This document shows, piece after piece, positions 12,746-25,689 of a DNA stretch of 41,537 nt. The notes under the pieces are model-generated. The model saw only the letters and a program-made list of their open reading frames with translations, did no database searches and was not told where the DNA came from. The translations under genes and the position numbers were made by a program. The DNA comes from Octopus bimaculoides. Lineage: Eukaryota. Location: positions 8,044,090-8,085,626 of the forward strand of contig NC_068987.1 of NCBI RefSeq assembly GCF_001194135.2, in the 5' to 3' direction. Position 1 is the first letter of the stretch; each line of letters opens with the position of its first letter.

Positions 12746-12960
12746 ATGTTTTATTTAGGTAGCACGTAAAAAGCACCATCTGAATGTGACTGATACAAGT
12801 GCTGCATTGACTGCATTGAAAACTGTCCTGAAGTTGTCAGGAACAAGGTTCTGGTGCCAAACGAACAGGCGAAATGAACATACATACACACACACACCTT
12901 CATATTTTAAATATAGACAGATGTATGTGTATATGTATGTATGTATGTATGTATGTACGC

Positions 12961-13268
12961 ACACTCACACATGAGGCAATGGCAAATGAGCGAGACTTTT
13001 GGCAATGTGATGTGTTTGAGAAGGAAGATCCATCAAGCCAAGTGAGATCTTTGTGGCAGTTACTGGTGTCCCACAAGTGGCACGTAAAAGCACCCATTAC
13101 GCTCTCGGAATGGTTGGCGTTAGGAAGGGCATTCAGCTGTAGAGACCTTGCCAAGTCAGATTGGTGCCTGGTGCAGCCCCTCAGCTCATCAGCCTTGGTC
13201 AAACCGTCCAACCCGTCCCAGCATGGACAACTGGACGCTAAATGATGATAATGATGATGATGGTGATG
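12961..13268 (+). mobile_element. 5'-truncated RTE-type LINE 3' end (last ORF2 codons, 3' UTR, (GAT)n tail)
   Basis: EAMANERDFWQ resembles the A..DR..W C-terminal motif of RTE ORF2; followed by GGTTGGCGTTAGGAAGGGCAT and AGCATGGA...GGACGCTAAATGATGAT tail. Confidence 0.7.
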
Positions 13269-14535
13269 CACGCTCAGGCACACCTATACGCACACACAAA
13301 TGGGTGGATAAGTGAAAGAGGGTAGCACTCAACACATTTGATAGGAGTTGTATATATATATTCATTAACAGTTTGGCTTCATCCATGTAGAACCGGGTTA
13401 TTAAATAAACACACAGACACACACACAGACACACACATAATGCTGCGAGACGTATACATACATGTTTGCATACATGTATATTTACATGTGGGTTAATTTT
13501 TCTTTTTATGCAAGTGTGTCTATATAAATTCCCATTTAATGTGTATTTTATATGTTAATATAACATGCATGGTGTGGTATGTATGAAATAAATTCTTCAC
13601 AAAAGCAGAAGCCGAGTCTAAACGACAACCTATAGGGCATTGTTTAAACGTGCTACTAAAAGTTAATATGAAAGAGCTCTAGATAAAAATATTTGTGTCT
13701 CTGTCTCTCTTTCTCTCTCTCTGTGTCTCCGTGTCTGGTCATTGTAAAAGATTTGAAGAAGTAATGGCTGATAGTGAATGACCGCTGGATAAATAGCCGT
13801 AGCACCAAACCTCATAACGTGGCTGAAATGAGTTTTTATTGATTTCAGTTTCAACTGCCATCTCCTTCAATTTGTTCATTTCTCTTTCCTTACCACCATC
13901 ACTACTCACGCCGCCACCACCGTTCCTATCACAGTCACAGCTAACGCTGTTCTTATTGAACTATGGCAAGTCTCCTGGACATCTTTTGCCTCAGTTTCAG
14001 CTTGTTGTCATTATCTTCTAATACCATTTCTCGCTTTCCTCTCTTTCTTACTGGTGAACCACTTTAAGAAAAAGAAGCGGAGGAAAGGGGGGAAAAGAAA
14101 AAGAAAAAACAACAAAAATCCTTCATTTTTGTTTCTGTCCGTTTTATTTATTTACTTCCTTCCTGTATTCCTGTGTGGCAAGCTGTTTGGTGTAAGGGGC
14201 AACGGTGGAGGGGTTTGTGGGTCGTTGGTAGTCAATAAAGAAAAGATGGAGAACTAACAAGATAGTATTGATGAGCTAAGGAAAAGGAACAGCATCGCCC
14301 AGACTCCTTCCCTTTTATCATGCTGTTGGTTAGTGTGTGTGTGTGTGGTAGTGATTCCCAGTTTGTCCATTCTACTCCCTTGTATTCTTCTAAAATATTA
14401 GCCAATGGCAGCAACTGTAGCTCTTGTCCCTTCTTTGCTTTTAGTGTCATTGTGCCAGTAGTGGTGGTTGTGGTTCAGGTATTTGGTGTTTAGCTGTGAA
14501 CTTCTACCATATTGTGTGTTTATGTGTGTGTGTGT

Positions 14536-14578
<43 letters not shown>

Positions 14579-14582
<4 letters not shown>

Positions 14583-14857
14583 GTGTCCACAAAGTCTGGG
14601 TACATGGGGATTCACACTTTAACACATACTTTAAGAAATTATTTTTTATATTCAATTTTTATTTATTTATTTATTTATGGGTTTCAGCCAAGTGGCTGTG
14701 GTCATGCTGGAGCACCACCGTTTATGTTATGATTTTATTTACTACATGTACCCACATGGGAATTAACACATACTTTAACAAATTATTATTTCTTATATTT
14801 AATTGTTAATGTTATGATTTCGTTTACTCCATGTAGCCAGACTTCGTGGACACCCTG
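14579..14857. mobile_element. Tc1/mariner MITE (apparent internal dimer, with SINE tail inserted at 14660-14720)
   Basis: ~28-bp TIR CAGGGTGTCCAC(A/G)AAGTCTGG(G/C)TACATGG with 2 mismatches; TA at 14858-14859. Confidence 0.88.
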
Positions 14858-15988
14858 TATAATCAAAGGACATATTAAGTATGTCTATCTGCTGGAAATA
14901 GCAGTCAACACTCTTATTTAAATCACCAAAATACACTGATAATAACTACAGAAATCAACCGTCCGAAGGCAAGCGGGCCAAGACAATCTCTCTGCATACA
15001 TTCAGGTACTTGGACTGGTTTCTGGACTGCCATAATAGCCTAACCTATATATATATATATATATATATATNNNNNNNNNNNNNNNNNNNNNNNNNNNNNN
15101 NNNNNNNNNNNNNNNNNNNNNNNNNNNNNNNNNNNNNNNNNNNNNNNNNNNNNNNNNNNNNNNNNNNNNNNNNNNNNNNNNNNNNNNNNNNNNNNNNNNN
15201 NNNNNNNNNNNNNNNNNNNNNNNNNNNNNNNNNNNNNNNNNNNNNNNNNNNNNNNNNNNNNNNNNNNNNNNNNNNNNNNNNNNNNNNNNNNNNNNNNNNN
15301 NNNNNNNNNNNNNNNNNNNNNNNNNNNNNNNNNNNNNNNNNNNNNNNNNNNNNNNNNNNNNNNNNNNNNNNNNNNNNNNNNNNNNNNNNNNNNNNNNNNN
15401 NNNNNNNNNNNNNNNNNNNNNNNNNNNNNNNNNNNNNNNNNNNNNNNNNNNNNNNNNNNNNNNNNNNNNNNNNNNNNNNNNNNNNNNNNNNNNNNNNNNN
15501 NNNNNNNNNNNNNNNNNNNNNNNNNNNNNNNNNNNNNNNNNNNNNNNNNNNNNNNNNNNNNNNNNNNNNNNNNNNNNNNNNNNNNNNNNNNNNNNNNNNN
15601 NNTATAAAGTAAAAAGTAAGAGAGTCAAAAGGAAGAATAAGTACCGGTTAGGCAGCTTTTTAATCGCTACAAATGTTTCAATGCCATATACAGGATTTAA
15701 AGTTAAGTTTAAATTAAATTATGTAACGATTTACCTGTATAAGAAGATCTATATGTATCTCCTCAGGCGATACTTAGTTACTGTCTCCATAAGCAAATTT
15801 AGATTACCATGCTACAACTTTGACTTTTTAAACTTTTTATTTTCACACACGAGGAATACCTAAGACTAGAATTGGTAGCATACCATAAGAATACTACCGG
15901 CTATTTGGGAATTCTAAGGGTGAACGAGCTCTATTTGTACTCTTATACATTCTTAACAGTACACACCTCAACTATATATATATATATA

Positions 15989-16253
15989 CATATATATGCA
16001 TATATACATACATATATGTACATACCTACATATATATGCATATATACATACATATATGTACATACCTACATATATATGCATATATACATACATATATGTA
16101 CATACTTACATATATATGCATATATACATACATATATGTACATACTTACATATATATGCATATATACATACATATATGTACATACCTACATATATATGCA
16201 TATATACATACATATATGTACATACCTACATATATATGCATATATACATACAT
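15989..16253. repeat. 40-bp minisatellite, ~6.6 near-perfect copies running into a gap
   Basis: Unit CATATATATGCATATATACATACATATATGTACATAC(C/T)TA. Confidence 0.92.
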
Positions 16254-16478
16254 NNNNNNNNNNNNNNNNNNNNNNNNNNNNNNNNNNNNNNNNNNNNNNN
16301 NNNNNNNNNNNNNNNNNNNNNNNNNNNNNNNNNNNNNNNNNNNNNNNNNNNNNNNNNNNNNNNNNNNNNNNNNNNNNCACACACACACACACGCATATAC
16401 ATAAGGAGAGAATTCACAAAAAAACAAAAGACGAAGACAGGTGGTGTAGACAACAAACAGATGTATTAGTTTAACGCT

Positions 16479-16538
<60 letters not shown>

Positions 16539-16792
16539 CGGTGGTTCTCAGCTGGGGGTCCATATATGATTTAGTTGCTAAAATTTATCTGCAATAAATC
16601 GGTTATACTTCTTGCAAAACCCAAAATATTTCAATAATTTTCTTTTGTACAGTTTCTAATGTATTTAATTATATTTAATTGTATTTAATTATAAAAATAT
16701 AATAGGATTTTTAAATATCAAATGGTTACGAGAATCCACTCGAGTGAAGCAGGAATTAAGAGGATCCATCAGAAAAAAATGGTTGAGAACCA

Positions 16793-16829
<37 letters not shown>

Positions 16830-17821
16830 ATCTACAACAGAGTTCCTCATTGTCTATGTTATATATGTATGTGTGTGTGTTCCTTTTTAAATCGTGTGTT
16901 TTGCACCATTTTTCTTTGTGTTGGAGTTGGTTGAAGAATGACTAGAAAGAAAATAAATACGAATTATTTTTCTTGAAGAGAAAAGAACGAGGTTTGTAGT
17001 GAAGTTAACGGTAATACTTTGTCTCTGTCGAAAAGAAAAACAAAAAAAAACCCCCAAAGAATCCATCTTTGTTCTTTTTCCTTCCTCATTAGCATCGACT
17101 GTAAAAGACAATGGTAACTAGGAATATGTAAAAGTCACCATCCTGTTCCTTCTGCTAGCACCTTCACCGTTTTTTTTCTTCTTCTTCTTCATCCTGTTGG
17201 AAACTTTCTCCCCCCCCCCCATCCACAGCTTTCTCGTAATGTTGTCAGTTGATAACAATATCCGTTAACACTTAATATTTTTGCATCATATTATGATTAT
17301 AACCTTTGCTCGCTCTGATTCTGATCCAAAACCTGCATTCTAACTATGGCAGGAATATCTGAATGTATCTTGTGATGTCTTCAAGATTTAAGTGATATTC
17401 AAATTTCCTTTAAATTCAAGAAGCAGAAGAAAAAAAACCCTCAAAAATCTGTGCTTTATATTATAATTATTATTAGGGGTAAGTATTGAAAGGAAATGGT
17501 GTATTGCGAAAAAAAAAAAACCACCCATATTAGATCAGAGAGATACGACAAGTCTGGTAGAACGGATGTTTACTGTATTACAGATTATCACTCCCATATA
17601 ATCATTCTGTCATCAACTCTATTGAGCTCTAGTTGAAGGCTGTGCAAGCTTTCTCTGTCATGGGCCCTCAGCTCCTGTCTCTGACAGTTTTAGAGATCTG
17701 CCAAGATCCATTCCTCTCTAGGTCTGACCACAGCTGATTCCTTAGAGAGAGAGAGAGAGAGACCCTGAAAAGATAAAAAGTTCAGTTGACCTTGGTAGCA
17801 ATTGGACTCCCGGTACATAGG

Positions 17822-18012
17822 TCATCATCATTATCATCATCATCGTCTGTTTTCCATGCTGACAGGGTTTGGACAGTTTGATAGAATCTGGTCAGTCAGA
17901 GAGCTGCTCAGGCTCCATGTCTGTTTTGGCATGGTTTCTATGGCCGGATGCCCTTCCTAATGCCAACCACTTAACAAGGTGCACTGGGCATTGTTTACAT
18001 GGCACCAGCACT
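17822..18012 (-). mobile_element. RTE-type 3' end fragment
   Basis: (CAT)n, TTTCCATGCT, GGATGCCCTTCCTAATGCCAACCAC. Confidence 0.75.
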
Positions 18013-18049
18013 TATACACACACACACAGATACAAAAATCTGAATGTGA

Positions 18050-18325
18050 ATGTGTGTGTATGTTAGTCTTGTCTTGACCTTGTGTGGCAGTAAATGTGTA
18101 AATGTGTTTCATTGCTATGGAAGCTGTATCATTCATTCCCAATATTCTGCAAAAACATGCCCGGCAGTTGGGGGAGAAATATTACCTTACTTGGAAACAG
18201 GTAAGGTAATTGCTGACAGAAAGGGTATCTAGCTATAGACAATCTGCCTCAATAAATTCTATCTGACCCATGCAAGCATAGAAAAGTGGATGCTAAAACA
18301 AAAACGACAATGATGATGATGATGA
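18050..18325 (+). mobile_element. SINE 3' part with RTE-like tail and (GAT)n
   Basis: CATTCCCAATATTCTGC...AAATATTACCTTACTTGGAAACAGGT...CCCATGCAAGCATAGAAAAGTGGATGCTAAAA; similar to 25900-26022. Confidence 0.65.
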
Positions 18326-18859
18326 AAATGGTGCTGGGAATAAAAAGATGATATAGAGACACTATTTCAGGGTTAGATATAAGCTACTGACAAATTCTGT
18401 GTGTGTGCAACTTTGTTCCAATTCTCTATTGTAATTTTTCTGTTATGTTTATACATTATTTGTGTGTTTCCTCTCTTGAAGACAATTGAATTAACTACTG
18501 CAAAAGGCTAAGAAGTAACTAACACACAAAAGGCTACGTACATTCATGTATGTCTGTTTTTTTTTAGCTTTTCTCTGCCTTGTATAGTAAAAATAACATT
18601 TTTTATGTGACTTGAGGTTAGTATTCCAAAGGCTAAAGTATGGCTGAGTGGGTAAGAGGTTGTGTGTGTGTTCTTGTGTGTGCCAATTATAAGACTGGGG
18701 CAAAACTAATTACCTTTCACATGTGCCTGCCTGTATTAATTAACCAGAATACTCTATTGGTTTGAATATTCCAACAGTTGTCTTGTCTTGTTATGATACC
18801 AAGCCAGTGATGACAGGTAAACAGCTGTCTTTCCCTGACCCATAAATAAAATGGCACTG

Positions 18860-19695
18860 ACGTGGCGGCTGTGTGCGGCAGGAAGCTTGCTTTCCAACCG
18901 CATAGTTCCAAGTTCAGTCCAGCTGCATATCTTGTACTATAGCCTCAGGTCAACTAAAGCCTTATGAGTGGATTTGGTTGGCAGAAACTGAAAGACGGCG
19001 AGCTGGCAGAATTGTTAACACGCTGGGCGAAATGCTTAGCGGTATTTCGTCTGCCGCTACGTTCTTAGTTCAAATTCCACCGAGGTCGACTTTGCCATTC
19101 ATCCTTTCGGGGTCAATTAAATAAGTACCAGTTAGGCACTGGGGGTCGATATAATCGACTTAATCTGTTTGTCTGTCCTTGTTTGTCCCCTCTGTGTGTA
19201 GCCCCTTGTGGGCAATAAAGAAATAAGAAATTGAAAGGCGGTGAGCTGGCAGAAATGTTAGCACGCTGGACAAAATGCTTAGCGGTATTTCGTCTGCCGC
19301 TACGTCCTGAGTTCAAATTCCGCCGAGGTCGACTTTGCCTTTGATCCTTTTGGGTCAATTAGATAAGTACCAGTTATGCACTGGGGTCGATATAATCGAC
19401 TTAATCCGTTTGTCTGTCCTTGTTTGTCCCCTCTGTGTGTAGCCCCTTGTGGGCAGTAAAGAAATAAGAAATTGAAAGAAGCCCATCGGATGTGTGTCTT
19501 TGTCTGTGTTTGTCCATCACCACCACCACCATCACTTGACAGCCAGTGTTATGTGTCTGCATAGCAGTTCAGCAAAAGAGTTCAATCAAATAAGTACCAG
19601 ACTTAAAAAAATGGGAAATGAGTACTGTAAATCCTTCATGGCTGTACTCCAGCATGGCCATAGACTAATGACTGCTGGAACAAGTGAAAGATAGA
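18860..19695 (+). mobile_element. Family B SINE split at GAAACTGAAAG^AAGCCC by nested insertions
   Basis: 5' half at 18860-18994 and 3' half at 19479-19695 join into the sequence that is contiguous at 21015-21035. Confidence 0.85.
18995..19478 (+). mobile_element. Two full-length family A SINEs in tandem
   Basis: Each runs GGCG(G/A)..AGCTGGCAGAA to AAAGAAATAAGAA. AGAAA(C/T)TGAAAG occurs at 18983-18994, 19226-19237 and 19467-19478. Confidence 0.92.
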
Positions 19696-19794
19696 AGATA
19701 GAATGTTTGCTGCCCTGAGGCAGATACAGACATGAGAAAGTCATTTGTACAGGAACAATGAAACCCATTCAATAGATTTAAATCCATGTAGGGG

Positions 19795-20095
19795 TTTGTT
19801 TCCACCACCACCACTACCACCATCGTTACTATCAGCAGCAATTCCATTCATCAGAATCACTGCTTTTGCCATTGTCACAACCATTGTCATCAATAATACA
19901 ACTGTCATCACCACCATCACCGTCATCATCATCATCATCATCTATCTCATTATTCACCATCGCCACCATCATCCATCACTATCCTCCTCTCCATCATCCG
20001 TCCTCGTCACCATCACCACCACCACCATCATCGCTGTCCTCTCCATCATCATCATCATCATCATCACCACGATCATCATTATCATCATTGCCATT
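19795..20095. repeat. Cryptic (CAT/CAC)n trinucleotide repeat
   Basis: Direct reading. Confidence 0.9.
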
Positions 20096-20887
20096 ATTGT
20101 TTTAATTAAGGTAGGTGTTTCAGAAAGCCTGATAATGAGCTGAGTATTGTGCAAACGAACAGCACAGGTCTGAATGGGTCCCTTGGTGAAGTGCAGTGTG
20201 TGTGCTTCATGCAGGTTTCCTGATAGACATTCAGAAAATGGTGATGTGTCGACTGGGTCTGTGAATGACAGTTGAACTGGCACTCGGCTAGATGTTATTG
20301 TCGTTATATTGTTGTATCAAGCCAAACTATTCAATCGTATTTTCTACGTGTGTGTGTGTGTGTGTGCATGGACCTATTTGCTTTGTATTCATGAGTAACG
20401 AGTATATTTTTGTATGTATGTGGGTGCACTTGTGTGTATGTGACAATATTCCTGTGCATTTGTGTATGTGTTTATATGCATGTATACGCGCATGTGTGTA
20501 TGCATTTAAATTCCTAGATGTGTATGTGTGTGTGTGTGTGTGTGTGCAATGTGTTTGTGTTTGTGAGTGAAACAGTGTATGCGAGTGCCATTGTGTACAT
20601 GTTTGCATGTGGTTGCATCTACATGATTGCATGCATTTATGAAGGTGCATTGTATTGTTATGATACTCATCCAGTCCAGTCTGAATATACTTAATTAGTG
20701 TTCAGTTATCAGCATGTGTGTACATATGATTAAAAGCACGTGTGTGTGTGTGTGTGTGTGTGTGCATATATATGTGTATATGCATGTGTATGTATATGTG
20801 TGCATATGTGTATATATATATATATATATATACATATATATATACATATATGTATATGTCTGTATATGCTTGTATGTGTGTGTTTGT

Positions 20888-21033
20888 GTGTGACTGTGTG
20901 GTAAGTAGCTTGCTTACCAACCACATGGTTCCAGGTTCAGTCCTACTGCGTGACACCTTGGGCAAGTATCTTCTACTATAGCTGACCAAAACCATGTGAG
21001 TGGATTTGGTAGATGAAAACTGAAAGAAGCCTG

Positions 21034-21037
<4 letters not shown>
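20888..21037 (+). mobile_element. Family B SINE 5' part (tRNA head + CORE-like GACACCTTGGGCAAGT)
   Basis: TGTGTGGTAAGTAGCTTGCTTACCAACCACATGGTTCCAGGTTCAGTCC. Confidence 0.85.
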
Positions 21038-21068
<31 letters not shown>

Positions 21069-21997
21069 ATCATCATCTAACACCTGTGTTCCGTGCTGGC
21101 ATGGTTTCTATAGCTGAATGCCCTTCCTAATGCCAATCTCTTTACATAATGTGATGAGTGCATTTTGCATGTGCACTCTGTAAAGTGGTTGCTTCCCCAT
21201 CTTCTTCTTTTTTCTTCTTCTCCTCCTCCTTCTCTTTTTCCTTCTTTTCCTTCTTTTTTTCTTCTCTTTCTCTTTCATTCCTCATTCTCTTCCATTATAT
21301 CAACAATCCCTGTTTCTCAGAGTAAGTAAGATTTTATTGCAAGAAACAGCAGCACTAAGGTCTAGTCTTTGGAATGTCATAGAGCTCCTGGGAGCTCAGA
21401 ACACCCACCCCGCGCACCTACCCCTCCGACCACCCATCCACCCTCCCACCCTCTGTCTATTTCCTTGCCTGCTCCCAAGAAAGTAAAGCTCCATGTATTA
21501 TGTTTGTAAGGTCAAGAAGCAACTTGTTAACTCTGATCCTAGAAACAGCTGAAGGTCAGTAGGGGCCACCAAAAGATGCTTGCTTCCTTGTCTTCTGTAT
21601 TTAGAACCTCCCAGACCCCTCCACTTGATTCTTCCCTCACAGCTACCTCCCCTCCTTCGTTCCTTTCCACCCCCCCCATCACCCCCACTCCAAGAAAACA
21701 ACAGAGCAGCCTGAGAGTAATAACATATATCATGACAGGAAATAAAGCCCCTTAGGGCAAAGTTAAATGGTTTGCTTTGGTAAGCCACAACTAGCTAAAC
21801 TAGAAGAGGCATGTACAACAGGATTTGGGACTGATAAAATTCCTTATAGAAATGCTTTGCTTTTTCTTATTCTTCCCCCTTTTTTTTTCTTTTGTCTTTC
21901 TCGCTACTTTAATCTGAAGCACATTTTTTGTCTCAGACTCCCATAGCAATCACACAGAGATGTGCGTACGTGCGTGTGTGTGTGTGTGTGTGTTTTT

Positions 21998-22206
21998 ATT
22001 CTTTTATTTGTTTCAGTCATTTGACTTGCGGCCATGCTGGATCACCATCTTTTAGTTGAGCAAATTGTACCCAGGACTTACTCTTTGTAAGTCTAGTACT
22101 TATTCTACCAGTCTCTTTTGTCGAACTGCTAAGTTAGGGTGGATGTAAATACACCAGCATTGGCTGTCAAGTGATGTTGGAGGGACAAACATCTATATAT
22201 ATATAC

Positions 22207-22251
<45 letters not shown>

Positions 22252-22258
22252 TATATAC

Positions 22259-22295
<37 letters not shown>

Positions 22296-22475
22296 CGACG
22301 TGCNNNNNNNNNNGACGTGCTTTTTTCAGTTTCTGTCTACCAAATCCACTCAAAAGGTTTTGGTTGGCCTGAGGCTATAGTAGAAGACACTTGCCCAAGG
22401 TGCCACGCAGTGCGGCTGAACCCAGAACGGTGTAGTTGGAAAGCAAGCTACTTACCACACAGCCACTCCTACGCC
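21998..22475 (-). mobile_element. Full-length family B SINE with internal (TA)n and gap
   Basis: Reverse complement carries head, CORE-like box and TGACTGAAACAAATAAAAGA tail. Confidence 0.85.
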
Positions 22476-22512
22476 TATAATTTCTATTTTAATATAATTT
22501 TTTTATCTCTTG

Positions 22513-22650
22513 TAATTATCATTAAATTTAAGGCGGTGGTGCTGGCAGGATTGTTAGCTCATTGGATTAAAATGCTTCTGTGTATTTTCTCCTTATATTC
22601 TGTTTTCAAATGCTGCCAACGTTGACTTTGTTTTTTCATCCTTTTCGGTA
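22513..22650 (+). mobile_element. Family A SINE 5' part
   Basis: GGCGGTGGTGCTGGCAGGATTGTTAG...GTTGACTTTG...CATCCTTTTCGG. Confidence 0.7.
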
Positions 22651-22699
22651 GCATTTCTCACCTGTTTTCTACCTGTAGACTCCCTCTGATTCCTATTTT

Positions 22700-22853
22700 C
22701 TTCAGATGGACCCTCATAACCACTCCACGTTTAAAAAAAATCCTTTTATATTTTTATAATTAAAAATTATTACGAATTGTATTTAAAAAAAAAATATATA
22801 TATTTTGTGTTTTGTAGAAGTAAAACCAATTTGACCCTGGCTGGGAACCACTG
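22700..22853 (-). mobile_element. hAT-like DNA transposon fragment
   Basis: End reads CAGTGGTTCCCAGCCAGGGTC on the minus strand, matching CAGTGGTTTTCAACCAGGGTCC at 30233. Confidence 0.5.
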
Positions 22854-22854
22854 T

Positions 22855-23060
22855 TTTAGGGGTTGATGAAATAAGGTACCAGTCAATCACTGGGGTTAGT
22901 GTCATTGACTTCCCCCTCCCCTCAAAATAGCTGACCTTGTTCCAAAATTAGCATGCTTATCATTAAGGCAGTGAGATCCAGAAATTTGTTGGCATACTTG
23001 GCAAAATATCAGGCCTTGTGCTTATAGTAGAAAGGATTATTATTGTTATTATTATTATTA
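22855..23060 (+). mobile_element. Family A SINE 3' fragments with (ATT)n tail
   Basis: GGTACCAGT...ACTGGGG...AGGCCTTGTGCTTATAGTAGAAAGGATTATT. Confidence 0.7.
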
Positions 23061-23246
23061 TTATTGTTATTGTTATTATTATTGTTGCTGCTACTTCTAC
23101 AAGAACAGACTATATTTCTAAACAGCTTTTAGCTTGTTCCATGATAAATGAGTCTGGTCCTCACACCAGCAGTTTTTGCTTAGTGTCAACAAATCCATAC
23201 AGCACAAAAAAAACACCTGCTCTCTCCAAGTTCTATTTCTCAAAGT

Positions 23247-23288
<42 letters not shown>

Positions 23289-23387
23289 GGGGGTGGAAGG
23301 GGTTGTGTATGATTGCATGTGCTCTTGCACATGCTTGGATAAATAACTACATTTATACATTAATATACATTCAAACATCCATATATA

Positions 23388-23420
<33 letters not shown>

Positions 23421-23699
23421 TATACACATGTGTTTGTTAGTGTACATTTATATTACATGGTGAATAGCCTTGTTGAATATTTCAGCTCAAAGAGAAGTTC
23501 AGTGGATCACTGGTTTCTTGTTTTGTTGAGAATTGAAATGATGGAGTGAAGTAGAGAGGTGGGGAGGCAGGAAGAGTGTGTGTGTGTGGTTGAAAGCTTT
23601 GATTAAAGACATTGTTATCTCATGATCCCGAGATCACATTCCACTCACTCCAAGCACTGTATTTTTGTTCTCCTGCAAATCACTTCATTCTATTTGATT

Positions 23700-23890
23700 T
23701 TCAACCTTTGGCTTTTAAGCCAGCCATATCTGACACAAATCTTCCTCTTGTTTTATGTTCAAACTGCCCTGATCTGGCCTTTAACTCCTACCATACAATG
23801 TCTTTCTAAAAATGAACAATCACATCTTCGAAATCTCTAAGCTACAAGATAATACATGATTAATTCAAAACAATGTTGGTAAATACATAT
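23700..23890. mobile_element. Degenerate piggyBac MITE family 1
   Basis: Homologous to 12397-12616 (TACAATGTC..TCTAAAAA, TTCAAAACAATGT). Confidence 0.7.
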
Positions 23891-23894
23891 TATA

Positions 23895-24108
23895 TCATCA
23901 TCGTTTAACATTCGCTTTCCATGCTGGCATGGGTTGGATGGATTAACTGAGGGCTGGCAAGCTAGAAGGCTGCACCAGGCTCCAATCTGATCTGGCAGAG
24001 TTTCTACAGCTGGATGCTCTTCCTAACACTAACTACTCCGATAGTGTAGTGGGTGCTTTTACGGGTCACTGGCATGAGGGCCAGTCTGGCGGCACTGGCA
24101 ACATCCAC
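23895..24108 (-). mobile_element. RTE-type 3' end
   Basis: CATCATCGTTTAAC..CGCTTTCCATGCTGGCATGGGTTGG. Confidence 0.85.
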
Positions 24109-24268
24109 TCATATATATTATTATAAAGTCATCTGAATACTCAGGAGTTAAGCTTCAAATATCCATTTAAAAAGACAAACTAATCCTAATTATTGTGGTA
24201 TGGCAGGCTGGGATGGTATTTTAGTGAGAATGCTTATATAGCAAATGAAATCTGTGGTTTAGTTTTAA

Positions 24269-24490
24269 CCCTTTCGTTACCAACCCGGGTGAAACCGGCT
24301 CTGGTTCTGTACTACAAATGTCTTGTTTTCATAAGTTTTGAATTAAAATCTTCCACCAAACTTTAGTCACAATTTATGTTCTTAACACTAGCTTAATGAT
24401 AACTAAGTTACTTTACTAAATTCTTTGTTATATTTAAAATTAATTGAAAGAAATACAGAACATCTCATCAGAAATACAGCAATGAAAGGG
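24269..24490. mobile_element. piggyBac-type MITE family 2, complete
   Basis: TTAA|CCCTTTCGTTAC...GCAATGAAAGGG|TTAA. Confidence 0.9.
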
Positions 24491-24554
24491 TTAATCCTTA
24501 GAATGTTTCCACTCACTGGCTAAATTTTTTTTTCCTTTTTGCACCTTGCTGTAG

Positions 24555-24610
24555 ACTCATCCTTTACAGCAGAAAGTGCTAATGCTGCTCCCCCAGATGA
24601 GGAGGACTGA
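24555..24610 (+). other. Candidate terminal exon (phase 1: DSSFTAESANAAPPDEED*)
   Basis: Strong acceptor TTTTTTTTCCTTTTTGCACCTTGCTGTAG, short open frame to TGA; no homology recognised. Confidence 0.25.
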
Positions 24611-24619
24611 ACTACATGC

Positions 24620-24808
24620 TAGAGCTTTGTGCTGGTGTCACATTAAAAGCACTCATGCCAGGGCCATGTTAAAAGCATCCAGCACACAGTGTAAAATGGT
24701 TGGCATTAGGAAGGGCATCCAACCATAGAAACGAAGTTAAACCAAACTGGGATCTGTCTAACCCATGCCAGCATGGAAAACGGACGTTAAATGATGATGA
24801 TGATGAAT
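24620..24808 (+). mobile_element. RTE-type 3' end with (GAT)n tail
   Basis: GGTTGGCATTAGGAAGGGCATCC...CCCATGCCAGCATGGAAAACGGACGTTAAATGATGATG. Confidence 0.85.
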
Positions 24809-25452
24809 GCTAATTAATAGTTCTTGGAGAAAGCTGTAAAGTAAAATTAGGAAATCCACAATTTCTCTTTCATTGTGTGGCTTTGCAATTGAATTATCGT
24901 CAGCTTTATTTTAACTTCCTCCATTTTATTATTAATTAATCAATCATTAACAGAAATTATTAATTTCACAAACTTGATAAACAACCAGTCAATAGTAAAA
25001 TAGAATGTGGCGGTGGTGGGGGTCCCCCCCCCCGAAAAAACTCACCCTGCCCTCCTTTCTGGTGGCGGTGAGGGAAGAAGGTGAAAGCTGTAAGAACCGT
25101 CTCTCCTCCAAAATTTCATTAGTAATCATTAGCACGATGTATCTGAATTTCCTGTCTTAAAAATAGCCATGGACTTGGCAGTTGAAGCTATAAACATGAA
25201 CTGATTGATATAGATTTTTTATGGTTTCTGTGTTCTGGCTTTGTTAGAATGATGTAGATGTTGTTGCTGTAGTCTGGTCTATAGATCTTCTGTTTATGTA
25301 TCCTATATAAGGACCTTCTGCTCCGGGATATGTGCTCTTGACTGGCTGTGGAACATAATGCAGTTCATTACTGGCAAAATGCATGGAAATTACATTCGAG
25401 TCTTTTTGTGGACGAGGAATAAATGTTTTGGATTTCTATTATAATCATATAT

Positions 25453-25689
25453 TTATTTCTTTATTGCCCATTGGGGGCTAAACATAGAGGGGACAAACAA
25501 GGACAGACGAAGGGAATTAAGTTGATTACATCAACCCCAGTGCGTAACTAGTACTTATTTAATTGACTCCAAAAGGATGAAAAGCAAAGTTGACCTCGGT
25601 GGAATTTGAACTCAGAGCATAACGACAGATGAAATACCGCTAAGCATTTCGCCCGGCTTGCTAATGATTCTGCCAGCTCACCACCCTTA
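25453..25689 (-). mobile_element. Full-length family A SINE with 16-bp TSD
   Basis: TATTATAATCATATAT (25437-25452) and TATTATGATCATATAT (25690-25705) flank it. Confidence 0.92.

Noticed and set aside
12874-13245. 123-aa ORF
   Set aside because: Lies in a microsatellite plus RTE 3' end present in many copies; only a few terminal ORF2 codons are meaningful
15002-15628. ORFs of X across N runs (also 16.2, 28.7, 31.4 and 39.5 kb)
   Set aside because: Assembly gaps
17640-17750. Minus-strand AHDRESLHSL as a LINE C-terminus
   Set aside because: Motif similarity too weak and frames broken
19741-20143. Poly-I/H/M/S ORFs (also 39.5-40.1 kb and poly-His at 40.7 kb)
   Set aside because: Cryptic (CAT)n repeats, ubiquitous in this window
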